Positions 26,879 through 37,823 of a stretch of 52,889 nt of DNA are shown piece after piece; position 1 is the first letter of the stretch, and every line of letters starts with the position of its first letter. Made by a program: the position numbers and the translations under genes. The notes beneath the pieces are model-generated. The model had not been told where the DNA came from and searched no databases. It worked only from the letters and a program-made list of their open reading frames with translations. Origin of the DNA: a virus (lineage: Duplodnaviria > Caudoviricetes); the IMG/VR virus record IMGVR_UViG_3300006754_000026, positions 1 through 52,889 of that record, one strand, 5' to 3'.

Positions 26879-29800
26879 TATAGCCCTCCCCATTTTGTTT
26901 TTCCAAGAAGAGTTCTTTCAGCTCTATTGTCTTTCCAATAATCATTATTATATCCTATTCTTTGTCTGGTGTGTTTTTGATAAGCATTAGAGGCGGCGGG
27001 ATAAAGTTGTTCCATATAGCGCATTTCTATAAAACTATAAATTGGTAGCTCATTCTGCTCCAACTGACCGTTTAAATACCACGAAGTAATTAGATCATAA
27101 GCTGAATAATCACATTTACCCACATGGGTACAAAAATTTAATTCTTTAGTCGTAAATAAATCTAAATTGTTACCAAAAGTATGAAGGATAGTTAAAGGCT
27201 CAACTGTGGCAAATGGAGTACCCATTGGACCGGTCATTTTGATCCGGGTGCCCAACGTATGTCGCAGAAGGGCCGGTTGAGATGTAACGGCCGGTTCTTT
27301 AAAAATTTTCATAGGCGCGAACCTATCTCTTATACTAACTTTTCCATCCTCAATCAATCTTATTTTTCCAGGAGTGCTATTGCATGTTATAAGATTATTA
27401 TTACGATAATAGCGAACCAGCGGATTTTGATAACCACGAATTTGTTTCCACGTTGGCCAGCCATATGGGCCCTGGCGATGGAGAATTAACGAGTTAAAAA
27501 GTTGGGCCGTATATACAGGTCCCGAACCTGTCGTTGCTAGAGGAACAAATGTACGGTTCAAATATTCAGGACCGCTTATATTAATCTGATCCAAGCCCCA
27601 GTTGACGGTGCTGTTATAGTTTGCAGGATCTTGCTGAAATTTGAATTTTAAACGTCCCGTGAGATAACTAAAAGAAACTTCCTGAAATCCAATGGTCTCC
27701 CCCTGATCTCTGGCATCTGGATTAAATGTGGGGATGACGCGGGCGTCGATGGCCGATTGAGTAAGCCATGTGGTACCATTGTCTTCGCTATATAATAAAT
27801 TCATGAATTTAAACGTGGGCCCGAGTTGGCTCGTGGGGTCTAAATCATATCCAGGGGAAGAAAAACCATCTTCCCAGGCGCCCTGAGCATAGCGAATGGT
27901 GATAGTTAGCGGAGTTTGATAAGTTTGTACGGTTTGCAAGTATCGAGGTCCCGTTAAACCACTAAAGGCTAATATCCAATTATTTTGAGCAATATTCTCT
28001 CGAAGCTCCATCTCAGGGTCGACTTCCCAGACTTCCGGATTTAAACCTCTGTTTGCCACGAACGCCGATCGGGAAATAAAATTTTCGGACATTCCATTTC
28101 GAATCAATGCGCTATTTTCGGGATATAGTCCCCGGAAAGCCTCTAAGGCATGAATGGGTTCTTGAATATTTGTATTTAATCCAGCGAAATCAGTAAATAA
28201 AAACCCTTTGCGCGGGGTGACAAAACCTCCATGTTTTTGTTTATGGGCGCCCCAAATCCGTGGATTTATAATATAACTGCCAAAATCACTGCCACTTACA
28301 AAGGCGACAGCGTCTACTCCGTTCACTTCTCCGCTATATGGCCAATATCCCAAAGGACACGCACAGCCAAAATATGCGCCCTCGCAATCAGCGGGAGGTA
28401 TTTTGGGGACGCCGCAATGTTTGTCGACTGATTTCTTAGTCCATGCATACTGACAATCCGACTGAGGGATCGGGTGATTAATATAATAATTGTCATAAAC
28501 CTTCTTGCACTGAAAGCTTTTAGATCCTGAAACCAGTCGGGTATTCGGATTCCTATTGACTTGATATAGAGATCCAGTTCCGGCATAATTGAAGGGATTG
28601 ACAGCAGAGCCTGGTAATCCATTAATATTCTGACTGTTTGTATAATAGCCGAATTGCCCCACATGTGAAGTATATAGCCATTGTAAAACTTGACGAGTAA
28701 AATTATTTCTATAGTTTAAATCATTTCTAGAAGAGTATTCCCCCGAATAACGATCTAATCCGGGGCCCCCATTCGCATCGCCAGCCGTATCTGGACCACC
28801 TGGGGCCGAGAATCTATTGACGAATACCCATGGAGTTCTGCCTCTTTGGACTTTAGCATATTGAATGGCGGCTATGTCTAAAACATAATCCGAATATGTT
28901 AATGCGGGAACCAGATTAAATCCTCCAGCTTTTACAAACGCATGATTATTCGTATATCTACCGCACGTTTGGACAACGTCGTATATTTGATCATAGTTGC
29001 CTATAATGGTGGTCCGATATCTGGGGTTTGGGTTGGGGCGCGATCCCGTGGTATGATGAATGTTGCGGATATTGACCGGTCGTTTGGCTATAAGGTCTCG
29101 ATAATAAACACCCCTCGGTTGGTTGACGCGAGGATAAATAAATTTATTACCTTCGAATCGCCACCCCTCCATTCTTTCAGTAAATCTTAATGGCTCAACG
29201 TGACGATATTGGAGTCCTCCTACGGCATAATCAGTAAAAGGCCCTTGCATGGGCACATCTTTGTCGTCCCCATAAGTATCGGTATGAAGGTTGGTCACTT
29301 CGGCGGCGCCGATACCCGGGGTGACAACAATATTAGTAGATTTTTGATGAAGAGAGGAAGAGTATAAACTAAAAGGTACAAAAAGATCACCTTTTCCAGA
29401 AAAATAACTATTTTCATTAATAATAGCTTTAAAATCTAACTTAGATTTTTTTAAAGGATTATAAACATCATCACATATAGGTAATGGTTTTACTTCTCCC
29501 ACCGAAACTCCATCGGTAGTTCCAAATTTCATAGTTGGTCGGATATAATCTATCTTTTTATTGCGTGAAAAGTTGACGCCCCCACGAATTTCTTTAACCT
29601 CATCTACTTTAAAACGATAAGGGGTCGTATAACTCCGTTCCAAAACCTGGAGAGATGCACTCAAATATTGATTTTTATCAAAATCTACATGACTGTCGCC
29701 AGAAGATAGGACCGGGCTGGCGCGATTGGCTCTTTCTTTCCACCAAAAACAACTTTCATCTTGAGAGGGAACCCCCGAGGGCCCGGGTAGCGGAGCATGT

Positions 29801-32800
29801 CCGAATTTCCAGTTATAAAGAAGCTCGTTAATACCATTAATCCCGGCTTCGGGATCGGTGGGGATCATTTCCAGAGTGGGGAACTTGGTTTGATATTTAT
29901 TTCTTTCCAGAACATGACTTTCCACCATATGGCGAATATTATCACTAAAATTGGCTGATGCTGGTAAGAGTTGTTGAAGCATTATATTTAAAGAAGCATC
30001 AATCCATTCATAAAATTTAATATAAGCATCTAAGCTTGAAACCTCCTGCACTCTTCTGAAGAAAAGTTGGCGTAGTTTTTCCATCGCTTTATAATCGAGA
30101 CGATACCGATTAACAGGTTCACCAATAAGATTATTGAAATCGACAATAGTAGCAAATATATTTAACATTTCATCAGAGATATTTTGATACATGCTTTTTT
30201 CGATTTGAAAATAATAATCTACAGGGCGGCTATCTTTAGTGAATACAACATCATCGCTGCTCATAATTTGAATCATGTCGCTGCTATAAACTACTTCGGG
30301 GATGGTTTGTTTACCGCTATAAACATAACGTAAGTCAACAACCTTCGGATCGTTAGCTAAGAAAAAATCCCCACGGCCAGTATGTTGGAGATTAACAATT
30401 TCTCCAAAATGCTTATAGGAGCTTGTTAGTTCTAGAGAACCAGACGAAAGATCTTGGACTTCGAATCCGGCATCGCGGGCGTTTGCCACCAACCCATCGC
30501 CCGAGGAGGTAACATTATTGAAATTCCAGTTAAGGGCCAATGTGTCTACTTGAGGAATATGAATATCACTTAAGGAGGTAGGATATAAATAAGTACTTTT
30601 ATAAGGATGCTTAGTACCAAAGTTGCTGCCATCCCGAGCATGTGCCCGGATTGTCTCATTATCTAAATAACTGGCCCAATATCTTACTGAAGAGATTTTT
30701 AAATCAGTTCGTGTGAGAATGGAGCCAGTAAAATTCTCATGATGGGCGCCCGCATAAATACGCTTGGCTGAAGTTAAGAGAGAGGTGCCGAGCACCCCCG
30801 CTCCGATGGATTGTGTTAAATAAAATTCATTGGCGACAATATCTACCTCAGAATTGACACCATAAAATTCTATTAAATATAAAGGATCCATGGGGCCATC
30901 GGTACTTCCGCTTACTAAATCCATTCCCATCTTCTGAGGGGTAACTCTGATGGCTAAATTCCATTTTTTATTATCATAGATGTCGTAAAAAAGGCTACTT
31001 GTTAAATTGACGTTGGCACCGATGCTTCTTAGTTGGAAATAAGCATTCTTGGATTCTAATTTGTCACGGACGGCATATGCTTGCAGACCCCAAGCAATAT
31101 CTGGCGCCGTCCAAGTAAAATCTTCTTGATCGGCTGCATTGGCTAGGTGATAACCATAGATTGAGGCGCTTAAAAAGGGAGTTCTGAACCACTCAGGATC
31201 ACTGATTTCCCATTTGTGGGGGAAGATTACCTCACATTCGTGAGTGAAAGATGTGTAAGCCAGAAAAGGAACATCGCTTTCGGATGCAGCGCACGGGACG
31301 AGAGTGGGATTATTGCAGCTACCAGTTATAAGAGAGGTGCTATTGGGATTCCCACTTGCAGTTTGCTGGTAAACTGTTCCTATAAATCGGTCCGGATCAT
31401 TAAAATCGATGAATTTCTTACGTTCGGCTTTTGGACGAAAGTTATCTTCAAATGTATAGGTAACATTGTTTCCATAAGCGTTGATTCTAATTAAATCGGT
31501 ATCAATACCATAACAATGAATCAGATTACGCAATGATTTCATTGTACCTTTGGATTTATAAATATAAATAAGATTATTGTATATATTTTTATAAATTAAA
31601 TTTTTGATATCTTCTAACTGTTCTTGGAATTCTCTGTCTTCGTCGCGGTTGAGTATTTGGGCGATAATACTAGAATCAACAAATATTTCTGGGGCCTGTA
31701 ATCCATTAGATTCCAACAATTTATTAGAAAATGGAGCCGGTTTAATATAAGAGAGGTCATATACCCTATCTTTAATGCGCGGGAGCGCATCAATTTGAAG
31801 ATAGAGGGTGTCCAGATAGCTGGATAGGATTTGTGTTAGTTCTAAAAGATTGGAGTTAGATTCCTCGTCTTCTTCTACAATCCAATAAGGTAGCGATGAA
31901 AAAATGGCCGAATTATTATTCCTGTCGTACAGCGAGCCAGATAGAGTTAATGTATTATATAACTTCTGAACGGCTGGATGGAAGGGATACATAATAGGAT
32001 CTTTGAACTCGAATTTCGCGGCGCCAGCCTCGACTATAGCCGATTCGATTGAGCGCGCGTTGGATCCCGGGTATCCTATCCAGCTACCATTTGAAACGCG
32101 GCCGGAATAATCAAGAGTGGTGCCATCGGTATGTCGATTGCCAGTAATCCCTTCATTAAATTTGTAATAAACACCCAAATGAGTATTCGCCGTATCCGTA
32201 TTGGTACCACCCCCTATTTGAGTAAACCAATAACGGCCAATATCTTCTGAAGATCGATGTGTTTTCCAATATCGGAACTCGTCAAAAGATCCCGAAGTTT
32301 TTCCATCCCCCCGTGCGCCGCCTCCCTGGGGTGCACATAAAGCACCCAATGTTCCAGAAATAAAATCAACGCCAACCTTTTGGGTTGCACTTGAATCGGT
32401 AGTGGTCAAAACTCCATCAATATAAAATTTGAAGGCTGTGCCGCTACCGGAGTTAACTGATGTAAAAGCATAATGATGCCAACTGTGGAGATCGGATAAA
32501 TCATCACTAAGCCACACTGTATTGGTGATACCATCATCCTGTCTTATCCGGAAATTGATTGGGCCGGCGCTGCTGGATTCTAGTGCAATCAGTTGGCGCG
32601 CCGAGCCTGATATCATATCTAAAAGATATTGGCGGCTTCCTAAGCCGGAACCGGGAGGGAATTGTGGTCCTTGCTTGAACCAAAATTCAATACTAGTACC
32701 CTGGGCATTATCCATTCGCAGATTGTTGCCTCGGTGGACTTCGGGGTCCCACTTATTGGACCACTTAAACTGTTGTTCCACAGATTCATCAGAGAGCGGG

Positions 32801-33276
32801 GCGGCCGCCGAGCACGGCTCCGCCGGTGGGTGAGAGGGTCCATGTGGGCCACCAAAAAACTCGATATATTCGTCGAAGCCTGGGGCCGTTAGGGGTATGA
32901 AACCTCCGGGTAGCCAATGGGCGCCGTCGGCGGCAAGAGAAACAAATCCATTTCGCCTGGGGTATTCTTCCGCTAAAATATAGGTATCTAAAAAAGTCGA
33001 TTGGTTTAAAAACTCTGTTCGTTCTTTTAATGAGCCATCATAAGGATATTGAGTATAAACCCTTTCCAAAGAATCCTTATAATATTTTTCAGCTGAACCA
33101 AATTTGGCAAAAGTACCTGGGGCACTATAATCCACATCGGGGATAAATGTCCTTCTTTCGATATATTTCTCTTTTATATTATCAACAGATTCTACTTGAC
33201 GACCCAAATCGGTCATATCCGTAGCAGAAACTACTGAATAAGGAGTTTTTTTATCGAAAAGGTCTCTAATACTCAT
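26878..33276 (-). CDS. Giant virion (baseplate/tail) protein with LamG/concanavalin-like domains and a reelin-like Asp-box domain
   Basis: 2132 aa; SIEFWFK...WHHYAF...FYIDG...FDEFRYW (LamG), second LamG-like unit (KWNLAI...ISSVRYW), YSEDNGTTW Asp-box. Confidence 0.75.
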   Translation of the reverse strand: MSIRDLFDKKTPYSVVSATDMTDLGRQVESVDNIKEKYIERRTFIPDVDYSAPGTFAKFGSAEKYYKDSLERVYTQYPYDGSLKERTEFLNQSTFLDTYILAEEYPRRNGFVSLAADGAHWLPGGFIPLTAPGFDEYIEFFGGPHGPSHPPAEPCSAAAPLSDESVEQQFKWSNKWDPEVHRGNNLRMDNAQGTSIEFWFKQGPQFPPGSGLGSRQYLLDMISGSARQLIALESSSAGPINFRIRQDDGITNTVWLSDDLSDLHSWHHYAFTSVNSGSGTAFKFYIDGVLTTTDSSATQKVGVDFISGTLGALCAPQGGGARGDGKTSGSFDEFRYWKTHRSSEDIGRYWFTQIGGGTNTDTANTHLGVYYKFNEGITGNRHTDGTTLDYSGRVSNGSWIGYPGSNARSIESAIVEAGAAKFEFKDPIMYPFHPAVQKLYNTLTLSGSLYDRNNNSAIFSSLPYWIVEEDEESNSNLLELTQILSSYLDTLYLQIDALPRIKDRVYDLSYIKPAPFSNKLLESNGLQAPEIFVDSSIIAQILNRDEDREFQEQLEDIKNLIYKNIYNNLIYIYKSKGTMKSLRNLIHCYGIDTDLIRINAYGNNVTYTFEDNFRPKAERKKFIDFNDPDRFIGTVYQQTASGNPNSTSLITGSCNNPTLVPCAASESDVPFLAYTSFTHECEVIFPHKWEISDPEWFRTPFLSASIYGYHLANAADQEDFTWTAPDIAWGLQAYAVRDKLESKNAYFQLRSIGANVNLTSSLFYDIYDNKKWNLAIRVTPQKMGMDLVSGSTDGPMDPLYLIEFYGVNSEVDIVANEFYLTQSIGAGVLGTSLLTSAKRIYAGAHHENFTGSILTRTDLKISSVRYWASYLDNETIRAHARDGSNFGTKHPYKSTYLYPTSLSDIHIPQVDTLALNWNFNNVTSSGDGLVANARDAGFEVQDLSSGSLELTSSYKHFGEIVNLQHTGRGDFFLANDPKVVDLRYVYSGKQTIPEVVYSSDMIQIMSSDDVVFTKDSRPVDYYFQIEKSMYQNISDEMLNIFATIVDFNNLIGEPVNRYRLDYKAMEKLRQLFFRRVQEVSSLDAYIKFYEWIDASLNIMLQQLLPASANFSDNIRHMVESHVLERNKYQTKFPTLEMIPTDPEAGINGINELLYNWKFGHAPLPGPSGVPSQDESCFWWKERANRASPVLSSGDSHVDFDKNQYLSASLQVLERSYTTPYRFKVDEVKEIRGGVNFSRNKKIDYIRPTMKFGTTDGVSVGEVKPLPICDDVYNPLKKSKLDFKAIINENSYFSGKGDLFVPFSLYSSSLHQKSTNIVVTPGIGAAEVTNLHTDTYGDDKDVPMQGPFTDYAVGGLQYRHVEPLRFTERMEGWRFEGNKFIYPRVNQPRGVYYRDLIAKRPVNIRNIHHTTGSRPNPNPRYRTTIIGNYDQIYDVVQTCGRYTNNHAFVKAGGFNLVPALTYSDYVLDIAAIQYAKVQRGRTPWVFVNRFSAPGGPDTAGDANGGPGLDRYSGEYSSRNDLNYRNNFTRQVLQWLYTSHVGQFGYYTNSQNINGLPGSAVNPFNYAGTGSLYQVNRNPNTRLVSGSKSFQCKKVYDNYYINHPIPQSDCQYAWTKKSVDKHCGVPKIPPADCEGAYFGCACPLGYWPYSGEVNGVDAVAFVSGSDFGSYIINPRIWGAHKQKHGGFVTPRKGFLFTDFAGLNTNIQEPIHALEAFRGLYPENSALIRNGMSENFISRSAFVANRGLNPEVWEVDPEMELRENIAQNNWILAFSGLTGPRYLQTVQTYQTPLTITIRYAQGAWEDGFSSPGYDLDPTSQLGPTFKFMNLLYSEDNGTTWLTQSAIDARVIPTFNPDARDQGETIGFQEVSFSYLTGRLKFKFQQDPANYNSTVNWGLDQINISGPEYLNRTFVPLATTGSGPVYTAQLFNSLILHRQGPYGWPTWKQIRGYQNPLVRYYRNNNLITCNSTPGKIRLIEDGKVSIRDRFAPMKIFKEPAVTSQPALLRHTLGTRIKMTGPMGTPFATVEPLTILHTFGNNLDLFTTKELNFCTHVGKCDYSAYDLITSWYLNGQLEQNELPIYSFIEMRYMEQLYPAASNAYQKHTRQRIGYNNDYWKDNRAERTLLGKTKWGGL

Positions 33277-35524
33277 CTAATTCTTCAATCCTAAATTTCC
33301 AACTATATGGCTGTTCTACCCAAGATTTTTCGTCATAAAAGGAAATTTTAATACCATAAGCATAACCAGGATCAAAAAAGCTCATATCTAAATCAAAATA
33401 ATTACCTTTCTCGTCATAAGACATCGCCGTACAATTGTCTCTCGTCATTCCATAGGGAAGGACCGGAAGGTCATCAATAACACGATAAATCATATAAGAA
33501 GCGCTTGCTACAATCGTGGTTTCTATATCGGCTGTAGCTACTGTATAAATAGTAGGAGACCAATTTTTCAATCGAGTGAATAATCTCAAGCGCACCGTCT
33601 CATCGGATGCGTAAGCAGGTTGAAGATTTGTGATGGTGGAAACATATTTTATGCTGGCTGGATGATATGAAGAGGCTTCATGAGATATTACGTCAAAGCT
33701 GCCTGTGTGAACGGGTACTAATCCTGCGCCGCTTGGACACACACCTGCGCACGTATACCATCTGTCGTACAGCGTAAAAGGCAACGTAATAGCGGGGAAT
33801 TGGTTTGGAAGATCAATATCGAGGGAACAGGAATATATTCCAGGTGATACATAACCCCCGGTAACAACAGTGGGGTTTAGCGGTGTGCCGCCTGCAGAGG
33901 CGGAATAGAAATTAATATAAATCTCGCCAGTTCCGGCATCCGGGATATTCCGTAAACGACCTGCATATATATTATAAATGTAGAGGTTATGCAGATTTTC
34001 AGCATCCGATAACAAAGGGCTGCTGTTATAAAATCTACCACGATCATCCTTGATTGATGCATCCCAACATGCTTCTAAAATCGGACGTTTATAATACCAC
34101 TCGGACCCTCGGGCAAAAAATATTTTAGTGTAATAACTTGTTTGGGCGCCAACGTAGTTAATAAGTTCTCCAGTCGATCTGTCGCCTCCTGGTGCTTGCT
34201 CTGCGCAGGTAGCTGAATCGATAGCCATTCCGCCTGTTCCTGTGGCATAAAGATTCAAGGAACCTACTTGGTCATAGATGCTTACTTCGGTCGGGGGTGT
34301 TCCTAATCGAATGGCGTCATTGGGGTCGTCTCCATTGATCCACCAATGTTGCAGTGAAGAAACACTATCCAAGGATTTAAGATCGGTAGGGCAGCCCTTA
34401 TTATAAATTTCCAAAATATCTGCGGCCGACAGTACGGAATCATAGTAAGCCACATCATCAATTGACCCACTCCAATCTCGGAGATGATCTCCCCAGCCTC
34501 CTACCGAGAAACCAGCGGCGAGTTGGGGTACACCTGTCGGGGCCCCTGTCGGCACAGTGATAGAAGATGATATCCCATTAATATATAGGGTGGGTAAAGC
34601 GGCAAGATCGGATGGATCATGGCTAACTGCCACATGAGTCCACACGTCTTGTGGTATGGCTCCAGGAAGTGTGTATGCATTCATGTTGTTGCCTGTATAA
34701 ACATTCGTATAAAGCAGCTTTCCAGAGGAATTTCTATAAAAATAGCGTACACCAGTGCCAAGTCCCGTAGCGGTCCAGAAACCAATATATCTGGAGGTTA
34801 TTGAGTCAGCGGGGGATACCCACACTCCCACAGTAAAGGGCTCTGTCTGAGTCATGGTCCCTAGAGCGCCCGATAAATAAGCATACGTGTCATAATTGAC
34901 CGATTCTCTTTTATCGAACATAGGGAAGTAAGCTTCTTGACTTGCGGTTAAATGAATCCCAAATCCGTAATTTTCCTTGGTGCCAGCTATCCATTGCTCC
35001 ACCAACTCAGTGACATCAATATCTAAATCTTCGTAGCCGCGATCAAAATAAGCTGAATAAGCGGGCGATGTATGATAATCTCCCCCCATCAAAGTCCACG
35101 CTTCGGTACTAGAGGCCGACATCCAGGTGGCCCCGATGTTCCCGGGGTATACTGTGTCTTGATAATCAGACATGTCAAGCCCTATGCCTTCCTGCCACGA
35201 TCTTGATACAGCAAATATGTTAAGTGTCATATGACGTGGAATAGTTTGACTATTGGGAGCATTATACATTTTTAAATAAAATTTAACTGAACCACTTGCA
35301 GGTACTTCATCTTTGGCGCGGGCAGCGGTGATCTCATCAATGGGAAATTTTATTAATAATCTTTCTAGTTCCGTCGAATCAGAGGAGGCTTGTCCATAAA
35401 TGGAAAAAGTCTCCAAAATATCTGATGCGCCCATGTTAGCATCAATCCCGCGTGTTGTCAAATTAGTCTTGAACGCGTTGGTTATGGTAGTATCAGCGTC
35501 AGCAAAATATTTTTTAACTGCCAT
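33266..35524 (-). CDS. Virion protein with LamG domain
   Basis: FTVGVWV...WTHVAV...LYING...IDDVAYYDSVLS; follows the baseplate wedge gene with TAATG coupling. Confidence 0.72.
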   Translation of the reverse strand: MAVKKYFADADTTITNAFKTNLTTRGIDANMGASDILETFSIYGQASSDSTELERLLIKFPIDEITAARAKDEVPASGSVKFYLKMYNAPNSQTIPRHMTLNIFAVSRSWQEGIGLDMSDYQDTVYPGNIGATWMSASSTEAWTLMGGDYHTSPAYSAYFDRGYEDLDIDVTELVEQWIAGTKENYGFGIHLTASQEAYFPMFDKRESVNYDTYAYLSGALGTMTQTEPFTVGVWVSPADSITSRYIGFWTATGLGTGVRYFYRNSSGKLLYTNVYTGNNMNAYTLPGAIPQDVWTHVAVSHDPSDLAALPTLYINGISSSITVPTGAPTGVPQLAAGFSVGGWGDHLRDWSGSIDDVAYYDSVLSAADILEIYNKGCPTDLKSLDSVSSLQHWWINGDDPNDAIRLGTPPTEVSIYDQVGSLNLYATGTGGMAIDSATCAEQAPGGDRSTGELINYVGAQTSYYTKIFFARGSEWYYKRPILEACWDASIKDDRGRFYNSSPLLSDAENLHNLYIYNIYAGRLRNIPDAGTGEIYINFYSASAGGTPLNPTVVTGGYVSPGIYSCSLDIDLPNQFPAITLPFTLYDRWYTCAGVCPSGAGLVPVHTGSFDVISHEASSYHPASIKYVSTITNLQPAYASDETVRLRLFTRLKNWSPTIYTVATADIETTIVASASYMIYRVIDDLPVLPYGMTRDNCTAMSYDEKGNYFDLDMSFFDPGYAYGIKISFYDEKSWVEQPYSWKFRIEELDEY

Positions 35525-37320
35525 TATCTAATAGCTCCTTTTATATCGAGGAGAGGAAATTTTATTTCAAAAGCTGCATTTATAGGGGCGGACACATAAC
35601 GACCGTCTCCGGACATAAGTTCGGATAGAGTAGTCAAACTCGAATCAGCATAATCGGCGCCTCGTCGCAACGTTATTTTGACTTTTTTAGTATCTACCAC
35701 CCCATAGATACTGTTGAGCAATGTATAAATATCCGATATATAAAACGGTTCTCCTAACATTAAAGGCTCATTATATTTAGCTGCCAGGGCGGATACACAA
35801 CTCTGTAAAACATCATATTTATTAACATCTGGATCAGTGTAGATTTCGAAATCTATACCAATATTGATAATTTGGCCATCCAAAATATCAATCGTATCAT
35901 TGATCATTTTGTATTGACTTAACCAAAGTTTTAAATTTTGTTTTAAACTTTGACCTGCATGGTCTAAATTCCCGTCAACTCCTTCGGCCAATACATATAA
36001 ATTTAGATTTCTTTTAAAAGAGTCTGGGTCTTGTACAACACTGCATCGCTTAAGAGCACCAAATTTGGGTGGCAATGCATAGATAATAGCCTCATAGTCT
36101 TTTTTGGTGACAGCACGATTTTGGGTAGCAAAAAAATCCTGTGTCCGGATGCGTATTTCTTCCGAAGTGGATCTTTCTATATCCCCCAGAATAGGATCAT
36201 TGTTGAATGTTTCAATAGAGGTCATAATATTATTTACCACCCCTTGATCCAGTTTACGTGCGTCTTTAAATGAAAAGAGGGGATTCATAGCCCGAGTTAA
36301 AGAACCAACGGGTGCATTAACGTTCCCCGCCAAATTGACTCGATACTGTACTTTTAGTGTAGTTTGAGAAGGCGCGACTCCCAATTTATTACTTTGTAAA
36401 AGCTTGGAGGGATCAAACGCCACATCAGAAATATAATCTCTGGCATGCATTTGTAAAACAAAGTTAGAAGGTTCCACCGGAGAAATACCTGCGTCTTCGG
36501 CATCTGAACCAAAACCAAATTGAAGATACGAAGAAACTCCTTCGGTCTCTAACGTAAACCGGCGTGGAACTGCATAGGGCCGCAAAACCATAGGAGTGTC
36601 TAATCTATCTTTTGCTCGATTGGTAACTTCTTTGTATATTACATCATGAGAAAGATAATCTACTTGATAATATTCATTACCATCTGTATCAAAAACTGAC
36701 AAAACCTCCGATACATACGGGGCTGCCAAGCGAACTCGTCGAAACCGCACATAGTCCTCTAAAACAAAAGCTTGAGTTACTATTTTCCCAGAAATAACAT
36801 GGCCGCTAGCTTTGATAGCATATGACAGGGGTACTCCGGTTATGGAATCGACGCGTCCGACGACCACTTCATTGTTGGGATTGGAAAAATCTATATTTTC
36901 AGTTAATATAAAAGTAACGCCATTGGTGGCTTGAAAAGTGCTCCCCTTTTTTAGAACTGGCATATAAAGCATATTTGGGCCCATGCCCCCCGTGTTGGCA
37001 GGAACTACAATGTAAAAGCTTATAATACCACTGGATGATGGGTTTCCTCGGTGTACATAACCTAGCTGTTTGGATAGCCGCAATACATTATTATATTCGG
37101 CGGCGGAATCCAAAAACGATTCATTGGCTTGATAATCTATGTAAAAGGATAAAACATCTCCCACATAAGCAACCGTGTCCATCATCAAGGATCCGAATGA
37201 AACTTCTTTGAAATCCTTGTAAGTTTGGGGATAATATCGCTTCGCATAATCTACCAAATCTTTCTTAATTGATTGAAAATCACGTCCTGTGTAATTAATA
37301 GGTACTTTTTTCTTGGCCAT
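35524..37320 (-). CDS. Baseplate wedge subunit, T4 gp6-like
   Basis: DFQSIKKDL...AYVGDVLSFY.D.QANE.FLDSA...LGY and QNRAVTKKDY motifs; follows a gp25-like gene. Confidence 0.88.
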   Translation of the reverse strand: MAKKKVPINYTGRDFQSIKKDLVDYAKRYYPQTYKDFKEVSFGSLMMDTVAYVGDVLSFYIDYQANESFLDSAAEYNNVLRLSKQLGYVHRGNPSSSGIISFYIVVPANTGGMGPNMLYMPVLKKGSTFQATNGVTFILTENIDFSNPNNEVVVGRVDSITGVPLSYAIKASGHVISGKIVTQAFVLEDYVRFRRVRLAAPYVSEVLSVFDTDGNEYYQVDYLSHDVIYKEVTNRAKDRLDTPMVLRPYAVPRRFTLETEGVSSYLQFGFGSDAEDAGISPVEPSNFVLQMHARDYISDVAFDPSKLLQSNKLGVAPSQTTLKVQYRVNLAGNVNAPVGSLTRAMNPLFSFKDARKLDQGVVNNIMTSIETFNNDPILGDIERSTSEEIRIRTQDFFATQNRAVTKKDYEAIIYALPPKFGALKRCSVVQDPDSFKRNLNLYVLAEGVDGNLDHAGQSLKQNLKLWLSQYKMINDTIDILDGQIINIGIDFEIYTDPDVNKYDVLQSCVSALAAKYNEPLMLGEPFYISDIYTLLNSIYGVVDTKKVKITLRRGADYADSSLTTLSELMSGDGRYVSAPINAAFEIKFPLLDIKGAIR

Positions 37321-37343
37321 TTATTATTTTCTCCTTCCAATAA

Positions 37344-37817
37344 TCATGAATAATCCGGCTCATAAGAACTGGCTCCTGGGTCCGCATACCCAAACGGTAA
37401 ACTTAAGATATCGCTTATACTAATTGGGACAATGGTAAACATAATAGTTATAGCTAGAGCGTTTTCGTCCACTGCTTTTTTCCCGTCATTAAATACAACA
37501 TTATCTATAGTAATATAATCCATATATTTTTTTGTTTGGGCTATTATGCTTGCATATATTTTATCATAAGTCTCGGCCGTATTGGGTTCAAAAAGATAGT
37601 TTCTTATGCAGACTCCAAAATCTATATACATACATCTTTCTTCAGGACATGTTAAAAGTAAATGTTTTAAATTTTGTTTGACTTCTTCTTGAAGAGATTT
37701 AGTCAAAACATAAACCCCATCCACATCATCGCTTTCTAAAGGTAGAGAAGGACCTACTCCACCCGCCTTCGCCCGAGTAGCCCCCATATTTTTTTCTCTT
37801 TCTGAACGTTTTGCCAT
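37344..37817 (-). CDS. Baseplate wedge / sheath initiator, T4 gp25-like
   Basis: VKQNLKHLLLT.PEER...DFGV.IRNYLFEP. Confidence 0.85.
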   Translation of the reverse strand: MAKRSEREKNMGATRAKAGGVGPSLPLESDDVDGVYVLTKSLQEEVKQNLKHLLLTCPEERCMYIDFGVCIRNYLFEPNTAETYDKIYASIIAQTKKYMDYITIDNVVFNDGKKAVDENALAITIMFTIVPISISDILSLPFGYADPGASSYEPDYS

Positions 37818-37823
37818 TTTTTA

